Under the pieces are notes generated by a model. The model saw nothing but the letters and a program-made list of their open reading frames with translations. It ran no database searches and was not told the DNA's origin. From assembly GCA_964016885.1 (NCBI GenBank), contig OZ024741.1:306032001-306096000 (forward strand): a stretch of DNA of 64,000 nt, given 5' to 3'. A program made the translations under genes and the position numbers. The DNA comes from Eledone cirrhosa. Taxonomy: Eukaryota. Below are positions 1-10,269 of this stretch, piece by piece (the stretch's first letter is position 1; the number at the start of each line of letters is the position of its first letter).

Positions 1-712
1 AACCAGAGACCATTGACCATATAATTTCAATGTGCAGTCCTATAGCTCCAACCGAATACCTAAACAGGCATGACAGAGCTGCACAATACATACATTGGAT
101 AATGTGTAAGCATTTTGACCTGCCCCATCAAAAGAATTGGTGGGAGCATCAACCACCTCCCATACTTGAAAAAGATCACATCTCAATCTTGTGGAACTTT
201 AGCATCCAAACAGATCGAAAAATAGATGCAAATAGACCTGATATAATACTGAAGGACTTTAAAAAGAGGATATGCCTGCTAATTGATATGTCCGTTCCAA
301 TAGACAAGAATGTATCTATAAAAACATTTGAAAAATTGAGCAAGTATAAGGACCTGGAGATAGAAATTGGAAAAATGTGGAAATTGAGAACTAAAACAAT
401 ACCAGTGGTTGTAGGCGCTCCAGGAATGATACCTAAGGGGTCTAATGATTACTTATCACAAATCCCAGGAAACCCACGTATAGGAGAAATACAAAAGATA
501 GTACTCATGGGAACTGCCCATATACTAAGGAAGATTCTGTCAATATAAGTACATCACAAGTCTAAACACCTAAAGATGCATGTGTGAGTATGTATGTTCT
601 TTCTTGAACATAGCGGACCTTGTTGTCTCTTGAGGTCACTGGTTGTGACTTGGTGATAACTCGTATGAACATAAAGCAAGATAAATGCAGCTGTAATAAT
701 AATAATAATAAT
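1..712 (+). mobile_element. 3' end of an RLE-type non-LTR retrotransposon (R4/Dong-like): restriction-like endonuclease domain, 3' UTR and (TAA)n tail
   Basis: ORF 30-548 has RHD, NRPDII, LIDMSVP, KLSKYKDL and IPVVVGA motifs of the PD-(D/E)xK RLE domain; (TAA)n at ~693-711. Confidence 0.88.
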
Positions 713-1398
713 AAACACCATATTTACAAGGAGTAGGCTAGCCCACTGTGTAGGATCTGTGGAGAGAGAGAGGAGACTGTGGCTCACATTGTATCCGAGT
801 GTAAAAACCTAGACCAGACTCACTATAAAGGCTGGAGACATGATGTGATGGGCAGGGTGATCCACTGGCACCTATGCAAAGTAAACAATTTACCACATTC
901 TGAGAAGTGATATGAGCATAAGCCAGAGTCGGTGATAGAAAACGATCAGGTGAAGGTGCTATGGGATTTTAGTTTACAGACGGACAAGAAACTGGAACAC
1001 AATAGACCTGACCTGGTGGTTTTGGAGAAGGAAAAAAGATTGTGCCTGATTGTGGATGTAGCCTGCCCATTTGACACAAGAGTGCAAGAAAAGGAGAGGG
1101 AGAAAATTAACCGATACCAAGACTTAAAGTGGGAGGTAAAAAGGATTTGGAACTGCCATGAAGTCAGAGTCGTCCCGATTGTCATAGGCGCACTAGGTAC
1201 TATCTCAAAGAGTTTCCAAGGATGGTTAAAGAAAGTTAGTCTAGCCCCGCTTTTTGGAACACTTCAAAAGGCATGCTTGCTGGGAACAGCAAGAACCCTC
1301 CGATACGTCCTGAGTATCTGAGGCTGCAGATAGTGGCTTGATATTCATTTCAACAAACTTTCCAGTTAAATAACATCAATGACTGAGACTCAAAGAAC

Positions 1399-1437
<39 letters not shown>
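713..1437 (+). mobile_element. Second, different 5'-truncated R4/Dong-like RLE retrotransposon (CCHC knuckle + RLE, internal stop) with (TAA)n tail
   Basis: Translation from ~740: SPLCRICGEREETVAHIVSEC..WRHD..EK*YEHKP, then ORF 932-1321 with NRPDLVV, IVDVACP, RYQDL and VPIVIGALG; (TAA)n 1399-1435. Confidence 0.88.
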
Positions 1438-1439
<2 letters not shown>

Positions 1440-1445
1440 TAACTA

Positions 1446-1550
1446 AATTATTGTGTACAGTGCTCAGGTGCACTACAATTCATCAAAGGTGCAATGTATA
1501 GTACATAGATTAATGTACAAATGTCAGGAAATATAATGGTGTGAGTGTGT
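1446..1550 (-). mobile_element. CR1 LINE 3'-UTR fragment
   Basis: Reverse complement of the 3' end of the CR1 copy at 45610-45729 (gtgcacctgagcactgtacacaataat); similar fragments at 7340-7450(-), 14050-14312(+), 60480-60690(+). Confidence 0.75.
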
Positions 1551-1779
1551 GATCATCATCACTGCCATTATCATTTAAAGTCTGTTTTCCCTGCAAGGTT
1601 TGGACAGGTCTTCACAAAGTGAATCAGTACTCAAGTGGAGCTACAGACCTCTCAGATGGAGTGGGAGCCAGTATCTCAGATATATTTCTGCACTGTACCA
1701 AGTACATTTTATCATGGCATTTGCTCGTGGGAGGTTGTTATGTCTTTGACACAATATACATATAATATATACCCTATCA

Positions 1780-2054
1780 ATGGAACAGCAAGTGCACCAA
1801 ATTAACGGGCAAGTGGCTGAGCATTCCACAGACACATGTACCCTTAACATAGTTCTCAGGGAGATTCAGCGTGACACAGAATATGACAAGGTTGGCCCTT
1901 CAAATTACAGGTATAACTCATTTTTGCCAGCTGAGTGGACAGGAGCAATGGGAAATAAAGTATTTTGCCCAAGGACACAATGCACCACTGGGAATCGAAC
2001 TCACAACATTGCGATTGTGAGCCGAATACTCTAACCACAAAGACACGCACCTTC

Positions 2055-2055
<1 letters not shown>
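1780..2055 (-). mobile_element. tRNA-derived CORE-type SINE
   Basis: Minus strand has A-box/B-box (gtggttagag...gagttcgattccc) followed by MIR-core-like tgtgtccttgggcaaaatactttattt...ccactcagctggcaaaaatgag. Confidence 0.75.
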
Positions 2056-2130
<75 letters not shown>

Positions 2131-2153
2131 TATACACACACACATGCACACAT

Positions 2154-2197
<44 letters not shown>

Positions 2198-2554
2198 GTA
2201 CATTTATATATTTATTATTATAATTTGTGAGGGTTTTGCTACCAATAAAAATATAAGTACCTGTTAAGTTTCACTTCAGTTTTTATTATTATTTATTAGT
2301 TAGGTAACTTGTTGATTTAGCAACCAAATAGTTATTTATATAATTATCAAAGCTCTTTTGTCAAACATTCTGTGACCTTATCAACATGCACATATGTATC
2401 TAGGAAAGGACATATGAAAGCTAGTGGGATGTTGCTAGGGTATACACAAATACACCACATATACAGATAGAGGTATACATGCAAAAAGATTTACAGGAGT
2501 AGCATTATATAAATATACACAAATGTATGCATATGCCTCACACATGCACACACC

Positions 2555-2722
2555 CAGTGCCAGATTTACCATTGTGCTTAGGTTTGCTTAAGCACAGGGC
2601 TCCGTTGGCCAGGGAGGGGGTCATCTTCCTGCCAAAACATTTTTTTATCTCCTTCAGGCCCCAAGTAATGGGCCTCATAACTTAACTAGCACAGGGCCTC
2701 ATTTGTCCTAAATCTGGCACTG
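2555..2722. mobile_element. hAT-type MITE, 168 bp
   Basis: 14-bp perfect TIR cagtgccagattta / taaatctggcactg; 8-bp flanks match only 5/8 (cacacacc / caaatagc). Confidence 0.7.
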
Positions 2723-2834
2723 CAAATAGCACACACATAGCAGAAAGACAAAGAGAACAGAAAATGCATTGTGTAGCTGGAGCAAAGTCAAAACAAAAAG
2801 GGACAAAGAAGACCAAAAGTGCTGAAATATTTAC

Positions 2835-2933
2835 TTTGCTTTCTTGTTTCCCTTTCTTCTTCTTTAAGAATTAAAGGTTCATTGCCAGACCTGAAGAATA
2901 ATGTCTTTCCTATTTTCTCCAAGAACTTCCTTC
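2835..2933 (-). CDS. Coding exon 6 of 3-hydroxyacyl-CoA dehydrogenase-like (3HCDH_N) gene: (G)RKFLEKIGKTLFFRSGNEPLILKEEERETRKQ
   Basis: Acceptor ccctatttaacAG, donor GTaaat; phase 1 to 1 joins exon 5 in frame; FLEKIGKT matches the ..LGK.. end of the 3HCDH NAD-binding domain. Confidence 0.85.
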
Positions 2934-3631
2934 CTGTTAAATAGGGAAAAGATGTTACTTGTAATCATTAGATATTTGTGATATATAGATATAAAGAGAT
3001 ATGATAGAATCCCAATGGTGAGCCCAGTTGTTTCAGCTGTTTTCCACAAATGACTCATCTTACCCATGCTAACATGGAAAAATGGACATTAAATGGTTTC
3101 TAAGCTGGATGTTCTTCCAAACTCCAACTACATTACAGTGTGGACTGTGTGCTTTTTGTTGTGTCGCCATACACACACACTCACACACACATATAGATTT
3201 CTAGATATAAGGTATGACTCTATTTATTATTATTATTGTTTATATGAAATACTGATTGATCTTCCTTGTATCCCATGTCTGATTTAGCCTTAGAGAATGG
3301 CTATGTGTGTATATGGGTGATCCATACATGTATTTATTATGTTTTAATATCTCTGTGTGTGCATTGGTTGTGTATACATATGGTTATTCTTTTAATATCC
3401 AATTGAGTTCTTATACATGTGCTTAATACCTAACAGGTTTAAATGACCAGCGTGTATATTGTTTTATTTTAAGGTGACCTCCCTTTACCTTTTTGGGGAC
3501 AGCGTGTATTTTATCTTTGAGAGGAGAGGACTGCTGGATTTTCTAATCTACCAGTCTCTTCTTAGCGCTGAGGGAGACCATCACCATTCTATTAATGTCG
3601 ATATAATTCTTATATCGATATTATTTAGGCA

Positions 3632-3741
3632 TCCACTGATGAGTTTATAAGAGCCCTCTTGTGTATAAAACAAGTTTCTACATAACGTGGAAATTATTTA
3701 TCCCAAATTGTAGAAATCTTATAACGAAACAGCCGTCTGGA
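3632..3741 (+). ncRNA. Type I hammerhead ribozyme motif with intact core (likely Penelope-like/retrozyme derived)
   Basis: tcca-CTGATGA(3636-42)-gtttataaga..tcttataac-GAAA(3726-29)-c agcc g-TC(GUC 3735-37)-tgga; stems I, II and III can all be drawn. Confidence 0.75.
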
Positions 3742-3944
3742 AGGAAAGAGATATTTATTTAATAATGTCTCGTATAAAATAATACAACCAGCTATCCACA
3801 AAATACTGATTAGTTAGCACCCCAAACACTAAATTGGGAAAATACTTAGGTATATCCTAATGTTTGTTGAGTGAGATGGAGTTGGTCGGAGTATCGCTTA
3901 AGGCTTTCTCTGTTTATGTATTGTATATATATAGAGAGAGAGAG

Positions 3945-4280
3945 AGGCACATGGCTTAGTGGTTAGAGCATTGGCCTTGCAATCGAAAGATTATGAGTTC
4001 AATTCTCAGACCGGGTGATGTGTTGTTTCCTTGAGCAAGACACTTTATTTCACATTGCTCCAGTTTACTCAGCTGTAGAAATGAGATGATAGGGATGGGG
4101 TCCATATCATTCCACTGCAAAGTAGTCGTGGAGGTGCCACGGCAAAAAAAAGCACCCAGCACTCACTGTAAATGAGGTTGGTGTTAGGAAGGGCATCCAG
4201 CTGTAGAAATCAAGCCAGAATCAGTTCCCGTCCCACCCTTGCAAGCAGGGAAAAGCGGACGTAAAATGATGATGATGATG
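3945..4280 (+). mobile_element. CORE-type tRNA SINE with RTE-derived 3' tail
   Basis: tggcttagtggttagag A-box, gagttcaattc B-box, core ccttgagcaagacacttt; tail cccacccttgcaagcagggaaaagcggacgtaaaa(tga)n matches the RTE terminus at 58685-58737. Confidence 0.85.
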
Positions 4281-4616
4281 AGAGAGAGAGAGAGATGGCC
4301 AACTGAACTTCCTATACCAAAATGCTCCTATCAACAGTTTTCCAAGAGATGGTGAAATGAATAGACCTGCTTTTTCTCCAAGAAATTTTTTTCATTTCTG
4401 CCTCTGTTCACTCGCCTTTATCTTTCCATTTCTTCTTTAATTTCTCATTCTATATTCTGATGAAGGACTAGCATCCAAAACACTAAGACTATTCCCATTA
4501 TATTAAGCATGAAATTAATATATATGTTCAATGAACCTCATTGTCTGTTGTGTTTTTTCCACACACACGCACAGGTATGCACACACGCACTCATGCACAT
4601 ACATACATATGTGTAA

Positions 4617-4655
4617 GCATGACTAGTTTCAATCCTCTGAGATTTCATCAGTGAT
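4617..4655 (-). ncRNA. Minimal hammerhead-like motif (palindromic stem III)
   Basis: Minus strand: ca-CTGATGA-aatc tcagag gatt-GAAA-ctag-TC-atgc; stem I is weak. Confidence 0.5.
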
Positions 4656-4836
4656 CAGTAATTTATTAAACTAACTACCAAGAATGTGTTATCTATGTAA
4701 ATCCATCTATCTGATATATTCAAATTCCTAATTATCACTGATTATAAGCAGTGTCTCTGTAGATATTTTCATCATTATCACATCAGCAAGCATCAAGTGT
4801 CAGGTACAGCTTTTTTAATCAAACAACTGAAGAGTC

Positions 4837-5056
4837 ATTAGCATTTAAACTGGTCATCGCCGGCCAGAATTCTCCACCTCTTTCTGTTCAAACTGGTTGT
4901 AACTGGCCATTCATACTGACATTAACGTATTGTTCTCAAAATAAATAACAACAAAACTTTGTAAATTCGATATTATGTGAGATAATTATGTAAGATAAAG
5001 CCTTTACCACAAGAATACAATAGTATATATAGAGTAATGGAAATGCTTTAGGGTTA
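4837..5056. mobile_element. Left-truncated copy of the TTAA (piggyBac-type) MITE family
   Basis: Colinear with 19751-19982 and 22839-23059; ends aaatgctttagggTTAA. Confidence 0.7.
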
Positions 5057-5085
5057 AGGAAATGAGTGAAACCTGTTTGCCTCAC

Positions 5086-5182
5086 CTTTCTCAATAGTTT
5101 CTGGGGATGTCTGCTGACTCAGAGTCACCTCAACTTCAGGTATATAATAGACAGGGTATAGGAACCTAAGACCAATAATTTG
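5086..5182 (-). CDS. Coding exon 5 of 3HCDH-like gene: QIIGLRFLYPVYYIPEVEVTLSQQTSPETIEK
   Basis: Acceptor tttttgtctctccacAG, donor GTgagg; 97 nt, phase 0 to 1; aligns to G.HFFNP...LVEV....TS.E of 3-hydroxyacyl-CoA dehydrogenases. Confidence 0.9.
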
Positions 5183-6290
5183 CTGTGGAGAGACAAAAAA
5201 AAAATGAAAACACATGAAAGAAAATTTGAGATTTGTAGGCATGTGCTAATGTGCAAATGATAGCCAACCTGCATGAAATAGCAGCCAAATCGTTGTCAAA
5301 TCCCATTATGTCATATTTAGAAAACAATATAATATATAAAATGATATGGTTATGGTGGAATGTTTTGATAATGGGTCTGCTAAGTTTAAACTGACTTTAG
5401 ACCAAACTATTATGTAAATGTTAGTATAAACTTACAACTGAATTAAGGTTAACCCAAACTTAAAAGAACATAAAATTAAAACAAAATTCAGATTGTGAAA
5501 ATATTTTTTGTCCCATTGATTCCTCTCAGTGAATGTAGCAAAATTAGATTAAAAGACCATTTTACTTTAGTATAAAGTCATTCACAGAAATGCCCTAGCC
5601 TCTTGCTCACAGATATGCTGTCTCCCTTAGCCTTTTCTACTGTTACTACAATGGCCTCTGCTCTTCAGATCTCAGGCCCTCCTGACATCTTTGCTTCTTC
5701 TTTCATCACTCATGTTGTATCTAGCACCATCAGGCCCCACACTAACTATTATGCCCATTCCTTCCTATACAGACACTAGCTTTCTAGCACTCCTTCCCTT
5801 TTTATGTCTTTCCTGCAGGTGTCAACTTGCAACAATTTACCTTTGACTATATTTTTAATAAAAGAAACTGCCGATAATTTTTGCTATAATCAAGAGTTTA
5901 GGAGGAATTAGTAATATAAGTAATTCTCTCATTATTAAGTTGGTATTTAGAACATAACAAAGATTCTTATATACACTTTAAAACAAAGAGTTTTGTATCA
6001 TAGAACAAAGGATTGTTTAAGATTGTTTGGTTACAAAAGCGTTAAATGGAACACCAAAAGCATTAATCTAACAGATCTTGGAGAGTTTGTAAAGGTCACA
6101 AGTGCTGCCCCATCCTTTACACTTAACAAGTAAGAAAAGAAAAAGCAATAATTTTCTAGATATACAACCAGCTTAATGGTTATTTTAATGTGCAGCTGAC
6201 TTTTGCTTGTGTAATCCTATAATTCTAATATTGAGCAGTTAGTTTACATTTTGTATCAAATGCAAGAGCTTACATGCTAAATAATGGTTA

Positions 6291-6636
6291 AGAGGCATAT
6301 GGCTTAGTGGTGAGAGCACTGGGGATGCAATTGTGAGGTTGTGAGTTTGATTCTGAGTCTGGATGATGCATTGTGTCCTTGAACAAGACACTTTATTTTC
6401 AAGTTGCTCCAGTTTACTCAGCTGTAGAAATGAGTTGCGACTTCACTGGTGCCAAGCTATATCGGCCATTGCCTTTCCCTTGGACAACATTCGTGGCATG
6501 GAGAGGGGAGACCGGTATGCATGGGTGACTGCTGTTCTTCCACAAACAACCATGTCTGGACTTGTACCTCGGAGGAGAACTTTCTAGGTGCAAACCCCAT
6601 GGTCATTCGTGACTGAAGGGGGTCTTTACTCTTTTT
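6291..6636 (+). mobile_element. CORE-type tRNA SINE (second tail type)
   Basis: Same head and core as 3945; body matches 26047-26382 on the opposite strand. Confidence 0.8.
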
Positions 6637-6793
6637 TTAATGGTTAAAATCTTAAAACACTCATAAAATGATAAAAATAACCATTACAAGAGCTTCTCAG
6701 ACTCAGAGTAAATCAAACACTGGGTTATGGTACCTGTCTCAAAGATTTATGCAGTTCTAAAATTTCTTTAAAATAAACCCTGGTCCAGCTTAC

Positions 6794-6888
6794 CTCTTTT
6801 CTGATAGATTTCTTGGCAATATCAGAGACATGAAACTTGAGTGAATTTGTTGCAATCACAGCATCAGGTTTGCACATTTGTGAAACAC
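6794..6888 (-). CDS. Coding exon 4 of 3HCDH-like gene: (S)VSQMCKPDAVIATNSLKFHVSDIAKKSIRKE
   Basis: Acceptor gtttttgtttAG, donor GTaagc; 95 nt, phase 1 to 0; aligns to ..P.A.(L/I)ATNTSS...IA. Confidence 0.9.
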
Positions 6889-7159
6889 CTAAACAAAAAC
6901 AAAAGGTAAAAAACAGTAAAAACAACAACTGGTAATTTATATATTTATTTATAGCCATGGATTACTACAAATCCATATGATGAAAAATAATGCAGCAGAA
7001 AAATAGAAAATTTCAAAATAACAACAAGCATATCAGTGACATTTATAGAGATAACAGAAAAGGTAAGTATTTTCTTAGATGAAATTGAACTGATTAGCAA
7101 GAAATAGTGAACAGGCTCTTTTAGAGAGAGAGGTTGAATGTGTAAATATGATAAAAGAT

Positions 7160-7340
7160 TTTACTTTTGGCACAAGGCCAGCAATTATCCCAGTGCATTA
7201 CTGGTGCTTTATTTTATCGACCTCATAAGGATGAAAGACAAAATTAACCTCGGCGGGATTTGAACTCAGACCATAAAGGGCCATAACTCTATGCTGCAAA
7301 GTATGGCGTTTGACCCTCTACCAATACTGCCAATCCAACT
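7160..7340 (-). mobile_element. Meta-type tRNA SINE
   Basis: Reverse complement contains B-box gagttcaaatcccgccgagg and tttcatccttatgaggtcgataaaataaa; same family as 26980-27168. Confidence 0.75.
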
Positions 7341-7451
7341 ATAATAATGAAAATTATTGTGTACAGTGCTCAGGTGCATTACAACTCATCAAAGGTGCAT
7401 GTATAGTACATAGAGTAAGGTACAAAAGTCAGGAAAGTGAATATGAGCTTA

Positions 7452-7840
7452 TTGTGTGTGTATGTTGGTATATATGTATGTATATGCACATGTGTGTATG
7501 TGTGCATGTATGTGTGTGTGTCTGTGAGTGTGTGTGTGTGTATGAGGTTATTGTATATGTTGGTATATGTGTATGCATATGCACACATGGATGTGAGTGC
7601 AAATCTGTGTATGTGTCTGTGAGTGTGTGTGTGCATGTCTGTGTATGTGTCTGTGAGTGTGTGCATGTGGTGCATGTTATGTGTGTATGTTGTTATGTGT
7701 GTATGCATATGCAAATATGTGTGTGTGCATGTATGTGTATGTGTGTGTCTGTGAGTGTGTGTGTGTTGTGTGTGCATGTCTGTGTATGTTTGTGTGCATG
7801 TGTCTGTATATTTGTGTGTGTGTGTGTGCATGTGTGTGTT
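7452..7840. repeat. Degenerate (TG)n microsatellite
   Basis: About 390 bp of TG/TATG/TGCA repeats; source of the Cys/Val-rich ORFs. Confidence 0.9.
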
Positions 7841-7947
7841 TCTCTGTGTTTATTTATCCTAGATCTGAGGAGTTCTCTTAAGGTTAATGTCAATATTCCC
7901 AGCCATGCTAGGCTGGATACAGCTACTCCCCTAATTCAAGTACTTAC

Positions 7948-8053
7948 TTTGAAAAAAATCCTGTTTCATCTCCAGGTCATCAACAATTGCTTCAAATATA
8001 AAATCTGCATCTTTGACAGTTTCCTGGAGACCACTTAGATAATATATTGTTCC
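7948..8053 (-). CDS. Coding exon 3 of 3HCDH-like gene: GTIYYLSGLQETVKDADFIFEAIVDDLEMKQDFFQ
   Basis: Acceptor ttgtcctttcAG, donor GTaagt; 106 nt, phase 0 to 1; contains the family motif D.D...EA..E.L..K. Confidence 0.92.
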
Positions 8054-8143
8054 CTGAAAGGACAAATCATTCACTTAAAAATAAAGTCATCAAAACATTA
8101 AGATGAATAGTAAGTTTGTTTTGACACAGCAAGCAAAGTTTGA

Positions 8144-8342
8144 AATTTAGTAGAAATAGAAGCTATTGCTGTATTTTATACGAAAGAAATTTTAGCTTGA
8201 AAGTGGGGTTTAAAACCCTCTAATAATGGAAAAGGATGAGTATTGATGTACACTCATCCATTTCCATTTTTTAGAGGGTTTTAAACCCCACTAACAGGTT
8301 AAAATTTCTTTAGTCTGCAAAAGCTTCTATTTCTACTAAATT
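8144..8342. mobile_element. Palindromic (foldback) MITE, ~200 bp
   Basis: Arms aatttagtagaaatagaagc..gtggggtttaaaaccctctaa..ggatgagt and their reverse complement; a half copy lies at ~50038-50140. Confidence 0.75.
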
Positions 8343-8359
8343 AAGATGAATAGCTATTG

Positions 8360-8943
8360 TTCACCCTGTAAAGTAGTTGTGTTAGTGACAAGATAAAAAG
8401 CACCCAGTCCACACTGTAAAGTGGTTGTGTTGTTGACACAACAAAAAGCATCCAGTTCACCCAGGGCCGTCTTAACAGCAACTGCCCAGCGTGCCCATAC
8501 GTTAAGACGGCCCTGAGTTCACCCTGTAAAGTGGTTGTGTTGGTGACACGGCAAAAAGCACCCAATCCACCCATAAAGTGGTCGTGTTGGTGAAACAACA
8601 AAAAGCACCTGGTCCACCCTGTAAAGTGGTTGTGTTGGTAACACGTGAAAAAACATCCAGTCTATTCTGTAAAGAGGTCGTGCTGGTGACACAATGAAAT
8701 AGTACCCGGCCCAACTTGTCAGTTGGTTGTTTTGGTGCCATGATAAAAAGCACCCAGTCCAGGCTGTAAATGTGGTTGGCATTAGGAAGGGCATCCAGCC
8801 ATGGAAACCAAGTCAGAAACATTTCTATATAACAAGACAATCACTTGATCTGACTTGACTCACAACGAGACAACTCATCTAACCCACGCTAGCATGAAAA
8901 ATAGACGTTAAACGGTGATGATGATGATGATAATGATGATGAT
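8360..8943 (+). mobile_element. SINE/RTE 3'-tail element with a tandem ~48-bp repeat expansion
   Basis: Repeated aaaaagcacccagtccacactgtaaagtggttgtgttggtgacac units, then ttaggaagggcatccagcc...aacccacgctagcatg and (gat)n; similar arrays at 23550-23980(+) and 26440-26790(-). Confidence 0.75.
8462..8515. mobile_element. 54-bp hAT micro-MITE
   Basis: Perfect 15-bp TIR cagggccgtcttaac / gttaagacggccctg and perfect 8-bp TSD agttcacc (8454-8461, 8516-8523). Confidence 0.88.
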
Positions 8944-9852
8944 CTGTATTTCTACTTTCGACACAATGTCAGTAATTTGGAAGAAGGGGAAAGTTGAATA
9001 AATCAACTCCAATACTTGACTGGTACTTTATTGATCTTGACAGGATGAAAGGCAAAGTTGTTGACTTTGATGGGATTTGAACTCAGGATATGACGGTCCA
9101 AAAGAACTGCTGTGAAGCATTCTGTCAGATGCTTTAACAATTCTGTCAATCTACTACCCTATCTGTACAGAAATTATACAAGATTGAACCAATGTTGCAT
9201 AAATGTGTAAATAAATACATTGACATATGTAAATACATACCTATTTTATGTGTTTACAAAGCAAATATCTTACCATTTGGTCATCTAATGGGCTCTTTTA
9301 TACCACAGACTCAATGCCACCAGCAAATTTCAGATCCACAGTGAAGATTGAATGCAGTGCTGTATGGAGATGTTAGTGGAATTCTGATCCAGTACCTATA
9401 CTCTAGAGTCAACAAAGGGCATCTATATGTGACTATTTGACTTGCTAGAAATAGCAGCCAAATCTTCCTGAAATCATGCTCTATTACTATATTTTAGAAT
9501 GGAAAGATATATCGAATAATGTAGGCTTAAAAAAACTGTGTAAAACTATAGAATGAACAGGATGGTCATGGTTGGAAAGGAGCTAAATAACAACAGCCAA
9601 CTCCTAGAGATAATAATTGTTTCTACTTTAGGCACAAGGCCAGCAATTTGAATGGGAGGGGAAGGTCAATTAAATCGACCCCAGTGCATTATTGATGCTT
9701 TATTTTATCAACCCCCATAAGTTTGGTACTTACATTATCAATCTGTCTTATTGAATCTGTAAATTACAGGACATAAACAAACAGTAAATATAAACGCACA
9801 TACACACACACATATATATATATATTTATGCATGTGTGCATAATATATATAT

Positions 9853-10159
9853 AAACAAGAAATGTAAGTCGGCGGGTTAAAATTAACTTTGTTTATCCAT
9901 ATTCACTGTTATATATATTTCGGTGATAACCATTATTCAACAGATATGACCTCATCAAACAGCTAGAACTTGAATAGAAAAAAACCCAGAAAAAACATAA
10001 TGATGGACATATCAAAAGATCGAAATAACAGAGATAAACTATTCTAGCTGTCTGACGAGGTCATAGCTGTTGTTTAATGGTTATCACCAAAATATATATA
10101 TATAAGCGAATATGAATGAACAAGGTTAATTTTAGCCTGTTGACTTACACTTCTTGTTT
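9853..10159. repeat. Inverted repeat (~125-bp arms), each arm carrying a degenerate hammerhead ribozyme (Penelope pLTR-like)
   Basis: Right arm gctgt-CTGACGA-ggtcata..tatcacc-aAAA-tatata; left arm (minus) gctgt-tTGATGA-ggtcata..tatcacc-GAAA-tatata-TA-acagt. Confidence 0.7.
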
Positions 10160-10269
10160 TTAAATTACTCTGGAGTAAACAGACCCACCTGCACACTTCA
10201 TTGAGTGCTCTACCCTGCACACTGAAGTGTCGCTAATTAACCAACACATACTAAAATTTATATATATAT

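Noticed and set aside
3945-4020. tRNA gene-like A/B boxes here and at other SINE heads
   Set aside because: No complete cloverleaf, and each is followed by SINE core and tail
7310-8038. Cys/Val-rich 242-aa ORF (and similar ORFs at 12749, 36398-36708, 57575-58045)
   Set aside because: Translations of (TG)n/(TA)n microsatellites
9273-9395. Exon-like minus-strand segment with tatAG acceptor and GTAAGA donor
   Set aside because: Stops in all three frames, and exons 2 and 3 join correctly without it; at most a cryptic or poison exon
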